64,000 nt of DNA from an uncultured bacterium. GTDB lineage: Bacteria; Planctomycetota; UBA1135; GCA-002686595. The notes under the pieces are model-generated. The model did no database searches and was not told the origin of the DNA. It worked only from the letters and a program-made list of their open reading frames with translations. Below, piece after piece: positions 49,717 through 59,207 of the stretch. Every line of letters begins with the position of its first letter. Position 1 is the first letter of the stretch. The stretch covers positions 544,001 through 608,000 of the forward strand of contig CALSNU010000004.1 in the NCBI GenBank assembly GCA_943787795.1, written 5' to 3'. The translations under genes and the position numbers were made by a program.

Positions 49717-50655
49717 TCAGCGCCAGCCCATGCTGGAGAGGGCCTGCTCCCAGGCGGCGGCGGCCGCGGCGCGGTCGGCCTCCAGCTCGCTCACGCGGCT
49801 CGCGAGCGCCTCGGCACGCGCGGCCTCCTGGCTCGCCCGGCTGGCGGCGGCCGCCGCGGCCTCCGCCTGGCGCTCGACCTCGCCCGCGCGCTGCTCGAGC
49901 TGCTGGCCGGCGGACTGGAGCTGGCCTTCGAGGAGCCCGGCGCGGGCGCGCTCGGTGGAGAGCGTCTCGCCGTGCTCCGACTGGAGCTGAATCACGAAGC
50001 CGGCGGCGCCCAGCAGGAGCACCCCGGCCGCCACGGCCGCCGCTCTCCCCCACCGGCGCGTGGAGGCCTCGCGGGCCTCGGAGGCGACGATGACGCGCTC
50101 GAGGCGCACGAGCTCGGCCCGGTGTTCCTCGCGGGCCACCTCCAGCGCCTCCTTGGCCTCGCGCCAGCCCTGGACGGCGAGCTCGACCTCGACCAGGGCG
50201 CCGCCCCGATCCTCGTCAGCGGCCGCCGCGCCCTGGGCGCGCTCCTCATCCGAAGGGCTGCTCCCCGCGGGCTCAGGCTCAGGCTCGGGCTCGGGCTCGG
50301 GCTGGGCTTTGGTTTCCGGGCCGGCGGGACCCTCATCCGCGGTGGGCTCGGGCTCGACCGCAGCGCCGTCTTCGCCGGCGTCACGGGGAGCCCTGTCCGT
50401 GATCAGGGACTCCCGCGCGAACTCCACCTCGTCCAGCTGGACCCCCGGCTGGAGCACCCCGTCGTCCGCGATCGTGTGGGTGTTGAGGGTCCCCTTCCGG
50501 ACGGCCGCGGCGAGCACCGCCTCGGGCAGGCCGGACTGCTCGGCGGCCTCGGCCAAGGAGATGGAGGGGGTCGCCGGCGCAGCCTCGCGCTCCGCTCCCT
50601 GGGGCCGCGGGGCGGCCACCTTCTCCTGGAGCACCTCGAAGGGGTCGTAACTCAT
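49717..50655 (-). CDS. Hypothetical protein: N-terminal HTH-like segment, PE linker, coiled coil, TM helix, coiled coil
   Basis: ISLAEAAEQSGLPEAVLAAAVRKGTL; TM WGRAAAVAAGVLLLGAAGFVI; strong GC3 bias in this frame. Confidence 0.65.
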   Translation of the reverse strand: MSYDPFEVLQEKVAAPRPQGAEREAAPATPSISLAEAAEQSGLPEAVLAAAVRKGTLNTHTIADDGVLQPGVQLDEVEFARESLITDRAPRDAGEDGAAVEPEPTADEGPAGPETKAQPEPEPEPEPEPAGSSPSDEERAQGAAAADEDRGGALVEVELAVQGWREAKEALEVAREEHRAELVRLERVIVASEAREASTRRWGRAAAVAAGVLLLGAAGFVIQLQSEHGETLSTERARAGLLEGQLQSAGQQLEQRAGEVERQAEAAAAAASRASQEAARAEALASRVSELEADRAAAAAAWEQALSSMGWR

Positions 50656-50741
50656 GCCATGAGCACGCCAAACCCGGGGGGGGCGATTCAAGGCTGAAGT
50701 GCTGGTGCCGGGTCAAGAGGAGCGTGCACTACGCTGCACCG

Positions 50742-51750
50742 ATGCCGCTTCGCCGTCTGCTCCCCCTGCTGCTCGCCGCCTGCGCGTCGCCCTCCGAGCC
50801 CCTCCCCCTGGACCGTGCCCGACGACGTGCGCCCGGAGTTCTTCTTCGCCGACGATGTCTCCGAGGACGTGCGGGTGGCCATGGCGGGCGCCCTGGACGC
50901 GGGCATCGAGGCCTGGGGCAACTACGGGCCCATCGAGTACTGGGTGGTGGGCATGGACGTGGAGGCCGCCGAGGCCCTCGCGGGGCGGTACTGCGACCGC
51001 CGGGTGGCGCGCGGGGACATGACGGCCCAGGAGTGCGCCTCGGACGTCCGTCGCCGCCGCGAGCTACGCGACTGGGCGGCGCGCGCCGCGGAGATCGAGG
51101 CCACCGGGCAGCCCTTCCTGGAGGCCGGGTGGAACGGCGGCTTCGAGTGGGGCCTGCACCAGTTCAGCTCCTCGCTGCCCCCCGGCTGGGCGGGTCTCGC
51201 CGACGTGCGCATCGAGGATGACCAGACGGTGCTGCTGCACGAGTACTTCCACGCGGTCCAGCAGTCCCACGTCACGACCCTGGACTGGGAGGCGCGGCAG
51301 CGGCTCATGGGGCCGGTGTGGTTCGTGGAAGGGGCGGCGGAGTACATGGCCCAGACCACCGGCGAGGCGCTGCGGCGAGCGGGCCGCCTGCCCACCGACC
51401 CTCGCTTCCCCGGGGATGCCTGGCGGGCTCGGGACCGCATGGAGCAGAAGCTGCGCTCGGGGCTCGCCCTGCGCGCAGAACGCCCCGGCCTCGCCCTGGG
51501 CGAGGTCGACTACGGCCCGGACGGCCAGATCGCCTACGACCTCGGCGCCTGGGCCATCGCCTGGCTCTGCCACCGGGCCGGACCCGACGTGCTCATCGAG
51601 CGCTTCTACCCGGCGGTCGAGGCCCTGGGATGGGAGGCCGCCTTCGGGGAGGCGTTCGAACTCACCCCCGCGGCGTTCTACGCCGAGTTCGACCGCTTCC
51701 TCGAGCTCGACCGAGCGCAACAGCTGGCGATCCTCGCGGCAGCGAGCTGA
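50742..51750 (+). CDS. Gluzincin-type metallopeptidase lipoprotein; frameshift in C-run at ~50805
   Basis: MPLRRLLPLLLAAC lipobox in one frame; HEYFH...WFVEGAAEY in the next; removing one C joins them. Confidence 0.75.
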
Positions 51751-51917
51751 GCCCCGGCGCGGCGAGGCAACGACTCTCCATCACAGGGCTGCCCGCTGGC
51801 CAACGGCCCTCCTCCGCGGTTAGCCTCGGAGCCTCGACGACCGAGGCTGGAGCGGCGCGCCTCCGCCCGAGGGCCCCCCTCGCGGAGCGCCTCTCTCCCT
51901 TGAATCACTCTCCTCAC

Positions 51918-52835
51918 ATGGACCACGACCCCGACCCGGCGAACGGCAGCTCGGACCCGGCCGGCCCCGCCGACCAGGGGGCGGCCCCCGCCGGTAGCGT
52001 CGATCAGGATGAGCGCTGGCGACGCGCGGAGATCGACGAGGACGAGCGCCGGCACATCGAGCGCTTCGCGCGCGGCGCGGCCGTGGCCGTCATCGTCGGG
52101 GTGGTGCTCATCGTGATCGGGATCCTCACGGTCCCCCACTGGATCACGGTCCTCAGCCACGAGAGCGAGCGGCGCTTCGTGGAGCCCTACGTGGAGTGGA
52201 TCGCTGACCTCGCCCTGGACCCGGTGCACCCCGACGTCGAGGCCTACGTGAAGGGACTCGGCGCCGAGGTGGCGGCGCAGATGGACCTCCCCGAGGGACT
52301 CGAGCTCGAGGTCCACGTCATCGAGGGCGACGAGGTCAACGCCTTCACCACCCTCGGCGGCCACATCTTCGTGCTCGAGGGGCTGATCGAGCGGCTCGAC
52401 AACGAGAACAGCCTGGCGATGGTGCTCGGCCACGAGATCGCCCACGCCGCCCAGCGGGACCCCCTCACCAGCCTGAGCCGCGGGATCCTGCTGCAGCTAC
52501 TTCTGACCACCGCCACGGGGGAGGCGAGCACCTCCCGGGACCTCGGGGGCCAGCTGGTCCTGACGGCCTACAGCCGCGAGCTCGAGGAGAACGCGGACGC
52601 GCTGGCGCTTGACGCTCTCCAGAGCCTCTATGGGCACGCGGGAGGGGCGACCGGGCTCTTCGAGGAGCTGCGCGAGGTGGAGGTCTTCGCCCCCGGGGGC
52701 ATCCTTGCGTCGCACCCCGACCTCTCAAGCCGCATCCGCGCCATCGAGGATCGGTGCGACGAGCGCGGGTGGCCGATGGAGGAGACCGCGCCCTACCCGG
52801 ACGCGGTCCTCGAGGGGCTCAGTTCTGGGCCTTGA
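51918..52835 (+). CDS. M48 family metallopeptidase
   Basis: TM helix; VNAFTTLGG, VLGHEIAH, YSRELEENAD, SHP...RI. Confidence 0.92.
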   Translation: MDHDPDPANGSSDPAGPADQGAAPAGSVDQDERWRRAEIDEDERRHIERFARGAAVAVIVGVVLIVIGILTVPHWITVLSHESERRFVEPYVEWIADLALDPVHPDVEAYVKGLGAEVAAQMDLPEGLELEVHVIEGDEVNAFTTLGGHIFVLEGLIERLDNENSLAMVLGHEIAHAAQRDPLTSLSRGILLQLLLTTATGEASTSRDLGGQLVLTAYSRELEENADALALDALQSLYGHAGGATGLFEELREVEVFAPGGILASHPDLSSRIRAIEDRCDERGWPMEETAPYPDAVLEGLSSGP

Positions 52836-53043
52836 TCAGGCGGCCGTCACCGTCACGGAAGTTGCCGGTGATGATGATGATCATGTCCACCAGCGTCCAG
52901 ATGCCGAGGCCCCCGAAGGTGAGCAGCATCAGGATGCCCGTTCCGATCTTGCCCACGTAGAAGCGGTGCACGCCGAAGGGGCCGAAGAAGAAGCAGAGGA
53001 GGATCGCGGGGACGAAGCCCTTGTGGCTGAGTTCAGTGGTCAT
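52819..53043 (-). CDS. TM2 domain protein
   Basis: AILLCFFFGPFGVHRFYVGKIGTGILMLLTFGGLGIWTLVD. Confidence 0.9.
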   Translation of the reverse strand: MTTELSHKGFVPAILLCFFFGPFGVHRFYVGKIGTGILMLLTFGGLGIWTLVDMIIIITGNFRDGDGRLIKAQN

Positions 53044-53353
53044 CGGTGGGAGGGGTGCGGAGGCGTTGGCCGGGATAGGTGATGAGGCGACCGGATCCAT
53101 CGCGGAAGGAGCCGGTCAGCAGCATGATCGTGACGATCAGGGTGTGGAGCGCGTCGGCAGCGCCGGTGACGAGGGCCCAGACGGGCTCGCCCACGAGGAA
53201 CAGGTAGATCGTCGCGACGAAGAGCGCTACGTCGATGGTGCCCTCGATCCAGCGCCCCATGTAGAAGTGCTGGACCCCGAAGACGCCGAACACGCCTGAG
53301 AGGCAGACGGCAACGGTGTAACTCTTGTTGGAGGAGATCTCGCGGGCGTTCAT
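53033..53353 (-). CDS. TM2 domain protein (second, divergent copy)
   Basis: KSYTVAVCLSGVFGVFGVQHFYMGR; C-terminal GSFRDGSGRLI shared with neighbour. Confidence 0.85.
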   Translation of the reverse strand: MNAREISSNKSYTVAVCLSGVFGVFGVQHFYMGRWIEGTIDVALFVATIYLFLVGEPVWALVTGAADALHTLIVTIMLLTGSFRDGSGRLITYPGQRLRTPPTDDH

Positions 53354-53494
53354 GTTGCGCAGCTCCGGAGGGGGCTTGTGCCGCGGAGGCTACCAACTGC
53401 ACGCCCTCGCCGGAACCCTGACCGTCACGCCCGCCGCTCCTCCATGCTCTCTCTCGGCGTCGAGGTCCCACCCGGATAGGCTGGCCTGCCCACG

Positions 53495-54592
53495 ATGCAC
53501 CGCGCCCTCCCCGTCCTCCTCGCCCTTGCCGCCGGCCTCTGGGCCCTTCTGGCCCCGACGCCCCGGCCCGCCGGCGCTGCGGAGGCCTCCGCCCCGCTCG
53601 CGGACCGCTGGGACCTCGGCTGGGCCCGGGGTCCCTGGGGAGGCGGCGCCACCGACGGGCCTCCGCGGCGCGTGCTCGTCTACGTCCGCGCGGACAACGC
53701 CCCCTGCCTCGCCCTCGAGCGCGCCGCGGGCGCAGACGCGGGGATGGCGCGCGCGGCAGCCCCCTTCAAGGCGATCGTCCTGGAACCCGAGGCCGACGGT
53801 GAGGACGCGCGCCTCGCCGAGGCCCTTGGGATCCACACGGCCCCGCGCCTGCTCGTGCTGGAGCCCGCGTCCTGGCGCCAGCTCGTTGGAGGCACGGCGA
53901 TCGCCGCCGACCTTCCGATCCGACCGGTGCGAGCCATCACCGGCGGACACCTCGAACCCATCGGGGTCGCGTGGGAGCTGGAGCGTGCTTCGACGGAGTC
54001 CCCCGCATCCTGGCCGCAGGCCCGGTCCCCCGCGCCAGGGGCCGACCCGGTCCTCGCCGCGGAGTGGCTGGAGGCCGCCGGCGCGCTCGCCGAGGCCGAG
54101 GCCTTTCTCGCCGAGGGCCTCGCGGGTGAACGCTCGCCCAACGGTGTCTTCCACCGCATGGCGCGGCTGCGCGCCGCCGTCCTGAGCCACACCGTCTCCG
54201 GTGCCGCCGACAGCGAGGGGACGATCGAGGCGGCGCTCCTGATGGAGAGCGACCCGCGGCTCCTGTTCCGAGGCTGGAGCCTCCTCGCCTCAGTGTTCGA
54301 GCGACGAGCGCTGGCCGCTGCTGAGGCGGGAGGCACCTACCGGGGCGTCGAGGCACGGCGCTGGGATCGGCGCGCGCGGGAGACCTCGCGGCTGGCGTGG
54401 ATGGACTGCCCCGATGAGGCCGCGCTCCCCTTCGGCGCCCTGCTCCTCGAGCGCTACGGCGCCCGCCCGGCGGACCTCGACTCCCTGGATCGGGCCTTCT
54501 GCGGGGCGGTGCTCCGCACCCTCGCGGGCCTGGGCGGCGACGATCACCCCAGAGTCCAGCGGGCCGCCGCGGTCGTGGCCACCCTGCGCTGA
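53495..54592 (+). CDS. Hypothetical exported protein with thioredoxin-like N-domain lacking CxxC and helical C-terminus
   Basis: Signal peptide; VLVYVRADNAPCLALE...LGIHTAPRLLVL pattern. Confidence 0.5.
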   Translation: MHRALPVLLALAAGLWALLAPTPRPAGAAEASAPLADRWDLGWARGPWGGGATDGPPRRVLVYVRADNAPCLALERAAGADAGMARAAAPFKAIVLEPEADGEDARLAEALGIHTAPRLLVLEPASWRQLVGGTAIAADLPIRPVRAITGGHLEPIGVAWELERASTESPASWPQARSPAPGADPVLAAEWLEAAGALAEAEAFLAEGLAGERSPNGVFHRMARLRAAVLSHTVSGAADSEGTIEAALLMESDPRLLFRGWSLLASVFERRALAAAEAGGTYRGVEARRWDRRARETSRLAWMDCPDEAALPFGALLLERYGARPADLDSLDRAFCGAVLRTLAGLGGDDHPRVQRAAAVVATLR

Positions 54593-54676
54593 GCTGAAGG
54601 GGGCCGCGTCGCCCAGGGGGGCCAGAGAGGGTCAGGCGGACGCGTCCGGCCGGGTGGGCCCTTCGAACAACGGCCC

Positions 54677-56155
54677 ATGGAAGCGCCCCAAGACCGCCTC
54701 GCACTGGCCAACGACGCCCCGGTCCGAGAGGACGGCCGCTTCGTGGTGTATTGGATGCTGGCCCAGCGCCGGACCCGCTGGAACTTCGGGCTGGAGCACG
54801 CCGTCGCGCGCGCCTCGGAGCTCGGCAAGCCGCTGCTCGTCGTCGAGGCGCTCTCCTGCAGCTACCGCTGGGCCTCCGACCGGCACCACGCGTTCATCAT
54901 CGACGGCATGCGCGACCAGCGTGACGCCTTCGCCGCCGCCGGCGTCACCTACCTCCCCTACGTGGAGCCCGAGGCTGGCGCAGGTCAAGGCCTCCACGCC
55001 GCCCTCGCCGCCGAAGCGTGCTGCTACGTCACCGACCACTGGCCCTGCTTCCACATGCCCATGTGGGTCGAGCGGGTGGCCGGCGAGATCGACGTTCGCA
55101 TGGAGACCGTGGACTCATGCGGCGTCCTCCCCTTGCGCTCTGCGCCCAAGGGTTTCGCTCGCGCGCACGACTTCCGCAGGCACGTCCACCGGGCCGCCTT
55201 CGACGCTCTCACACGCATGCCCGAGGCCGAGCCCCTGCGCGGCGCGGGGCTGCCCCCGCTCGACGGGTTGCCCGCGGGGGTGACCAAGCGCTGGCCCGCC
55301 ACCGACCTGGACAGCCTCGACCTCGCGAGCCTCCCCATCGATCACGCCGTGCCCCCGGTCGACGGAGTCCGCGGTGGGCAGGCCGCGGCCCTCACGCGCC
55401 TCGGCGGCTTCATCGAGGAGCGCATCGGCCGCTACTTGGAGCGCAACAAGCCCGAGGTCGAGGCCGCGAGCGGGCTCTCCCCCTGGCTCCACTATGGGCA
55501 CGTCTCTGCCCACGAGGTGTTCCACCGGGTCGCAGATCACGAGTCCTGGGACCCCTCGCTCATCGAGGGGCAGAAGGCCACCGGTAAGCGCGAGGGCTGG
55601 TGGGGCATGTCCGCCGCCTCCGAGGGCTTCATGGATGAGCTCGTCACGTGGCGCGAGGTCTGCCTGAACACCTGCGAGAACCGTCCGAAGGACTACGGCC
55701 GCTACGAGTCGCTGCCCGACTTCGCGAAGAAGACCCTGGCCGAGCACGCCGACGACCCGCGGCCCCACGTCTACACCCTCGAGCAGTTCGAGAACGCCGA
55801 GACCCACGACCCCCTGTGGAACGCCGCGCAGAACCAGCTGCGCCGCGAGGGCATCATCCACAACTACCTGCGCATGCTCTGGGGCAAGAAGATCCTGCAC
55901 TGGACCGAGAGCCCCCAGGAGGCCCACCGGATCATGGTGGAGCTCAACAACAAGTACGGCCTCGACGGCCGCGACCCCAACTCCTGGGGCGGGATCATGT
56001 GGGTCCTGGGCCGCTACGACCGGGCCTGGGGTCCCGAGCGCGAGATCTTCGGCAAGGTCCGCTACATGACCAGCGATAACACCGCCCGCAAGGTGCGCGT
56101 GAAGAACTACGTGGCGCGCTACAACGCGGCGCCCGAGACGCCGTCCATGTTCTAG
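54677..56155 (+). CDS. phrB: Class II CPD DNA photolyase
   Basis: VVYWM, SGLSPWLHYGHVS, ETHDPLWNAAQ, IHNYLRMLWGKKIL, DGRDPNS, FGKVRYM. Confidence 0.93.
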   Translation: MEAPQDRLALANDAPVREDGRFVVYWMLAQRRTRWNFGLEHAVARASELGKPLLVVEALSCSYRWASDRHHAFIIDGMRDQRDAFAAAGVTYLPYVEPEAGAGQGLHAALAAEACCYVTDHWPCFHMPMWVERVAGEIDVRMETVDSCGVLPLRSAPKGFARAHDFRRHVHRAAFDALTRMPEAEPLRGAGLPPLDGLPAGVTKRWPATDLDSLDLASLPIDHAVPPVDGVRGGQAAALTRLGGFIEERIGRYLERNKPEVEAASGLSPWLHYGHVSAHEVFHRVADHESWDPSLIEGQKATGKREGWWGMSAASEGFMDELVTWREVCLNTCENRPKDYGRYESLPDFAKKTLAEHADDPRPHVYTLEQFENAETHDPLWNAAQNQLRREGIIHNYLRMLWGKKILHWTESPQEAHRIMVELNNKYGLDGRDPNSWGGIMWVLGRYDRAWGPEREIFGKVRYMTSDNTARKVRVKNYVARYNAAPETPSMF

Positions 56156-56204
56156 GGCCCCGGCTCGTCAGAGTCGGTCAGTGCCGGCCAAGTGCCGGTC
56201 GGCG

Positions 56205-56291
56205 CCCCTCTGCAGTCCCTTCTGGCGGCCCTTCTGGCGGCCCTTCTGGCGGCCCTTCTGGGGTCCCTTCCGGGGTCCCTTCCGGGGTCCC
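56205..56291. repeat. 12-bp tandem repeat x7 (CCCTTCTGGCGG drifting to CCCTTCCGGGGT) between convergent genes
   Basis: Read directly from sequence. Confidence 0.9.
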
Positions 56292-56429
56292 CGCTCCAGA
56301 GCGCCCGTGGGAGCGAGTCCGCGGGGCTTCCCACGGGGGCGGCCACGCGGAGCGCGCCCGCCGTCGCCTCGGCCGATACGCGCCTGCGCCCTCGCCCCGA
56401 TCAGCGCGGCGGGGTGCAACCGCACGGCC

Positions 56430-57494
56430 TCACTGGAACGTGACCTCGAGGCCGGCGGAGAAGTTCGAGACCGCCTGCCCCTGGGGGTTGGAGTCACGGA
56501 ACCACGTCTGGAAGTTCCAGGTCTCCCCGGCGCCGGCCGACACGAAGCCGGTCGGCGAGGGGATCTGGGTCAGGTCGAGGAGGAGCGTGACCACCCCCGC
56601 GGCGCCAGCCTGCTGGATCTGGCCCGGCCCCACGTACCGACCAATCGCCCCGCCCAGGCAGAGGTTCCCGTCACTCCCCCCGGGGTTGGTGGCGAACCCC
56701 TGCGTCTGGCTGGTGAGGAAGAACGCGAAGGACCCTGCCGGCATGGAGACGCAGTCCAGGGTCAGGTTATTGTCCGCCACTGAGGCAGAGCCGATTCCGT
56801 TGAGGACGGCCGCGACGCCGGTCGAGTTCGGGTTCGCCACGCAGTAGGAGGTCCCGATCGTCTGCGGGATCACCGTCACAAGGCTGCCCGACATCCCATC
56901 CGACACGATGTTCACGTTCCCGCCCGGGGCCGCCGGGACGCCAGAGACCGTGACCGAGCTCAGGTGCTCGTTGAGGAACTCCGTCGGGTCCTCCTCAAGG
57001 AACCCGAGGACGCTGCCGTAGTTCATGTCCACGGTCGCGATGTTGAGCGGGTCCCCTGGGCCTCCGAAGATGGCGGTGCTCGTGGCGTCGAGCTTGACCC
57101 GAACGCGGTTCACCACGAAGTACGGCTCCAGGCTCGCGCCGTTGTTGACCTCGATGGTGATCCCGATCTGTGTGCCCTGGAAGCAGCCGATGCCGTCGTT
57201 GCCGGCGGCGACCACGCGGGAGTTGTCGATGATCACCGAGCGGCCCTCCTCCACCTGAAAGCGAAACTGCCCCCCGCCGGTCTCCGTCAGGATCACATCC
57301 GCTGGGGCGTCTCGGATGATCACGTTGTCATCGATGGTCACGTTGGGGTCGATGACCGTGACGGAGGACTGGGAGAGGTCCCAGTTCGCCTCGTCGAACA
57401 TGTCGCCGCTGACGGCGCCGGTCCAGAAGATATCCGCGCTGGCCAGGGGGGCGCAGGCGACGGCGATGAGGAGAGCGAGGGGAAGTTGCTGCAT
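56430..57494 (-). CDS. Secreted beta-rich protein with shared C-terminal domain
   Basis: Signal peptide MQQLPLALLIAVACAPLASA; WTGAVSGDMFDEANW; IGTSYC..NPNSTG, GNLCLGGAIGR, GETWNFQTWFRD...SNFSAGLEVTFQ. Confidence 0.85.
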   Translation of the reverse strand: MQQLPLALLIAVACAPLASADIFWTGAVSGDMFDEANWDLSQSSVTVIDPNVTIDDNVIIRDAPADVILTETGGGQFRFQVEEGRSVIIDNSRVVAAGNDGIGCFQGTQIGITIEVNNGASLEPYFVVNRVRVKLDATSTAIFGGPGDPLNIATVDMNYGSVLGFLEEDPTEFLNEHLSSVTVSGVPAAPGGNVNIVSDGMSGSLVTVIPQTIGTSYCVANPNSTGVAAVLNGIGSASVADNNLTLDCVSMPAGSFAFFLTSQTQGFATNPGGSDGNLCLGGAIGRYVGPGQIQQAGAAGVVTLLLDLTQIPSPTGFVSAGAGETWNFQTWFRDSNPQGQAVSNFSAGLEVTFQ

Positions 57495-57584
57495 GGGAAG
57501 TCGAAAGTAAGGCCAAGAGCAAGATCCCACAACGGGCCGGCCGCTCCCGAGCCCTCCTCCCCCCCACCAAAGTAGGCTGGGGCC

Positions 57585-59189
57585 ATGGAGCGCCTCGAAT
57601 TGACCCGCCCCGTCCTGTCGACCGCCGCCATGCGCGACGCCGACCGCGCGACGATCAAGGATTTCGGGATCCCCGGATACACGCTCATGGAGTCGGCCTC
57701 GCGCGGGGCCGCTGCCGCGATCGAGGAGCGCTTTGAGCTGGGGCCAGGCTCCAAGGTCCTCGTGCTCGCCGGGCATGGCAACAATGGCGGGGACGGCCTC
57801 GCCATCGCCCGCATCCTGGCCGGTCGCCGCATGGCGGTGACCGTCGTGACCACCGCGGCGCCGGGGGCGTCCTCGCCAGACGCGGAGAAGAACCTCGCGC
57901 TGCTGATGAAGATGATCCGCGCGGGCGCGTGTGACCTGCGCGTGCTCGGGACCGACGCGGCGGTGACCGAGCTGGCGAGCGAGGCGGACGTGGTCATCGA
58001 CGCGCTCCTCGGGATCGGCGTCACCGGACGGCTTCGCGAGCCGATCCGCAGCCTCGCCCTCGCCTGCCGCGCCGCGAAGCGCGTGGCCGCCGTTGATGTC
58101 CCCAGCGGCGTCGACAGTGATCGAGGCGTCGCCACGGATGAGGTCAGTGTCCGCGCCGACCTGACCATCACCATGGGCGCGACGAAGCCAGGCCTGCTCT
58201 TCGGAGAGGGCCGCGCCGCGGCTGGCGAGGTCGTCGTCGCGGAGTTTGGCATCCCCCCCCACGTTCTCCAAGGTGCGCTCGCCCAGCCGGGGAGCGCGAG
58301 GTTGGCGACCGACGAGATGGTCACCGCGCTGCTCCCCGAGCGGGCAGGCGACGCGCACAAGAACTCGGCCGGGCGGGTCCTGGTCGTGGCGGGCTCCGAT
58401 GCCTTCACCGGCGCCGCAGCGCTGGCGTCCATGGCCGCGGGGAGGACCGGCGCGGGCTACGTGACCTGCGCCTCCACGCCGTCGGTGCGGGCGGCCATCG
58501 ACGCCCAGTCCCCCGCCACCGCCACGGTGGCGCTCCCGACGTCTCCAACCGGCGGACTCACCGCCGACGCCGCGGAGGAGATCGTCGCCCGGGCCGCCAG
58601 CGCAGACGCCCTCTTGATCGGCCCCGGGCTGGGCCAAGAGCCCTCCACCGTCGCCCTCATCGCCGAGGTGCTGGAGCGGGTGGACCTGCCAATCGTCATC
58701 GACGCAGATGGCCTCAACGCCCTGGCGAAGCTCGACCTCGAGCGCTTCACTCCCGAGCAGCGCGCACGCTGGGTGCTCACGCCGCACCTGGGCGAGTTCC
58801 GGCGGCTGGTGGCGGCGGCTGGCTACTCCCTGGACGAGGCGGACCTGGAGCAGCGCACGTGGCTGACGCCCAGGTGGGCCGCGCGGCTGGGGTCCACGCT
58901 CCTGCTCAAGGGGGCCCCGACCGTCACCGCCCTGCCCGACGGCACCACGTTCGTCGCCACGGAGGTCCACTCCTCGCTGGCCGTTGCGGGCGCTGGCGAC
59001 GTGCTCGCCGGCATGATCGCCGGCTTCATGTCCCAGGGGCTCGCTCCAGCGGAGGCCGCCGTCTGCGCGCAGCATGTCGGCAACGCGGTCGCGGCCTCGT
59101 GGACGGCGAGCCGCGCTGGAGGGGCGATGCAACCCACAGACATGACCGAAGCGCTCCCGCAGGTGCTGCGGGAGCGCTTCGGCGCGTAG
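57585..59189 (+). CDS. nnr: Bifunctional NAD(P)H-hydrate epimerase/dehydratase (YjeF)
   Basis: LMESA, GHGNNGGDG, DALLGIG, DVPSG, GPGLG, DADGLN, LTPHLGEF, AGAGDVLAG. Confidence 0.95.
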   Translation: MERLELTRPVLSTAAMRDADRATIKDFGIPGYTLMESASRGAAAAIEERFELGPGSKVLVLAGHGNNGGDGLAIARILAGRRMAVTVVTTAAPGASSPDAEKNLALLMKMIRAGACDLRVLGTDAAVTELASEADVVIDALLGIGVTGRLREPIRSLALACRAAKRVAAVDVPSGVDSDRGVATDEVSVRADLTITMGATKPGLLFGEGRAAAGEVVVAEFGIPPHVLQGALAQPGSARLATDEMVTALLPERAGDAHKNSAGRVLVVAGSDAFTGAAALASMAAGRTGAGYVTCASTPSVRAAIDAQSPATATVALPTSPTGGLTADAAEEIVARAASADALLIGPGLGQEPSTVALIAEVLERVDLPIVIDADGLNALAKLDLERFTPEQRARWVLTPHLGEFRRLVAAAGYSLDEADLEQRTWLTPRWAARLGSTLLLKGAPTVTALPDGTTFVATEVHSSLAVAGAGDVLAGMIAGFMSQGLAPAEAAVCAQHVGNAVAASWTASRAGGAMQPTDMTEALPQVLRERFGA

Positions 59190-59207
59190 ACCCGGCTCCG
59201 GCGGGGC

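Noticed and set aside
57495..59132. N-terminal 546 aa of the 900-aa minus-strand ORF
   Set aside because: Antisense shadow of nnr; the real gene starts at the signal peptide at 57494
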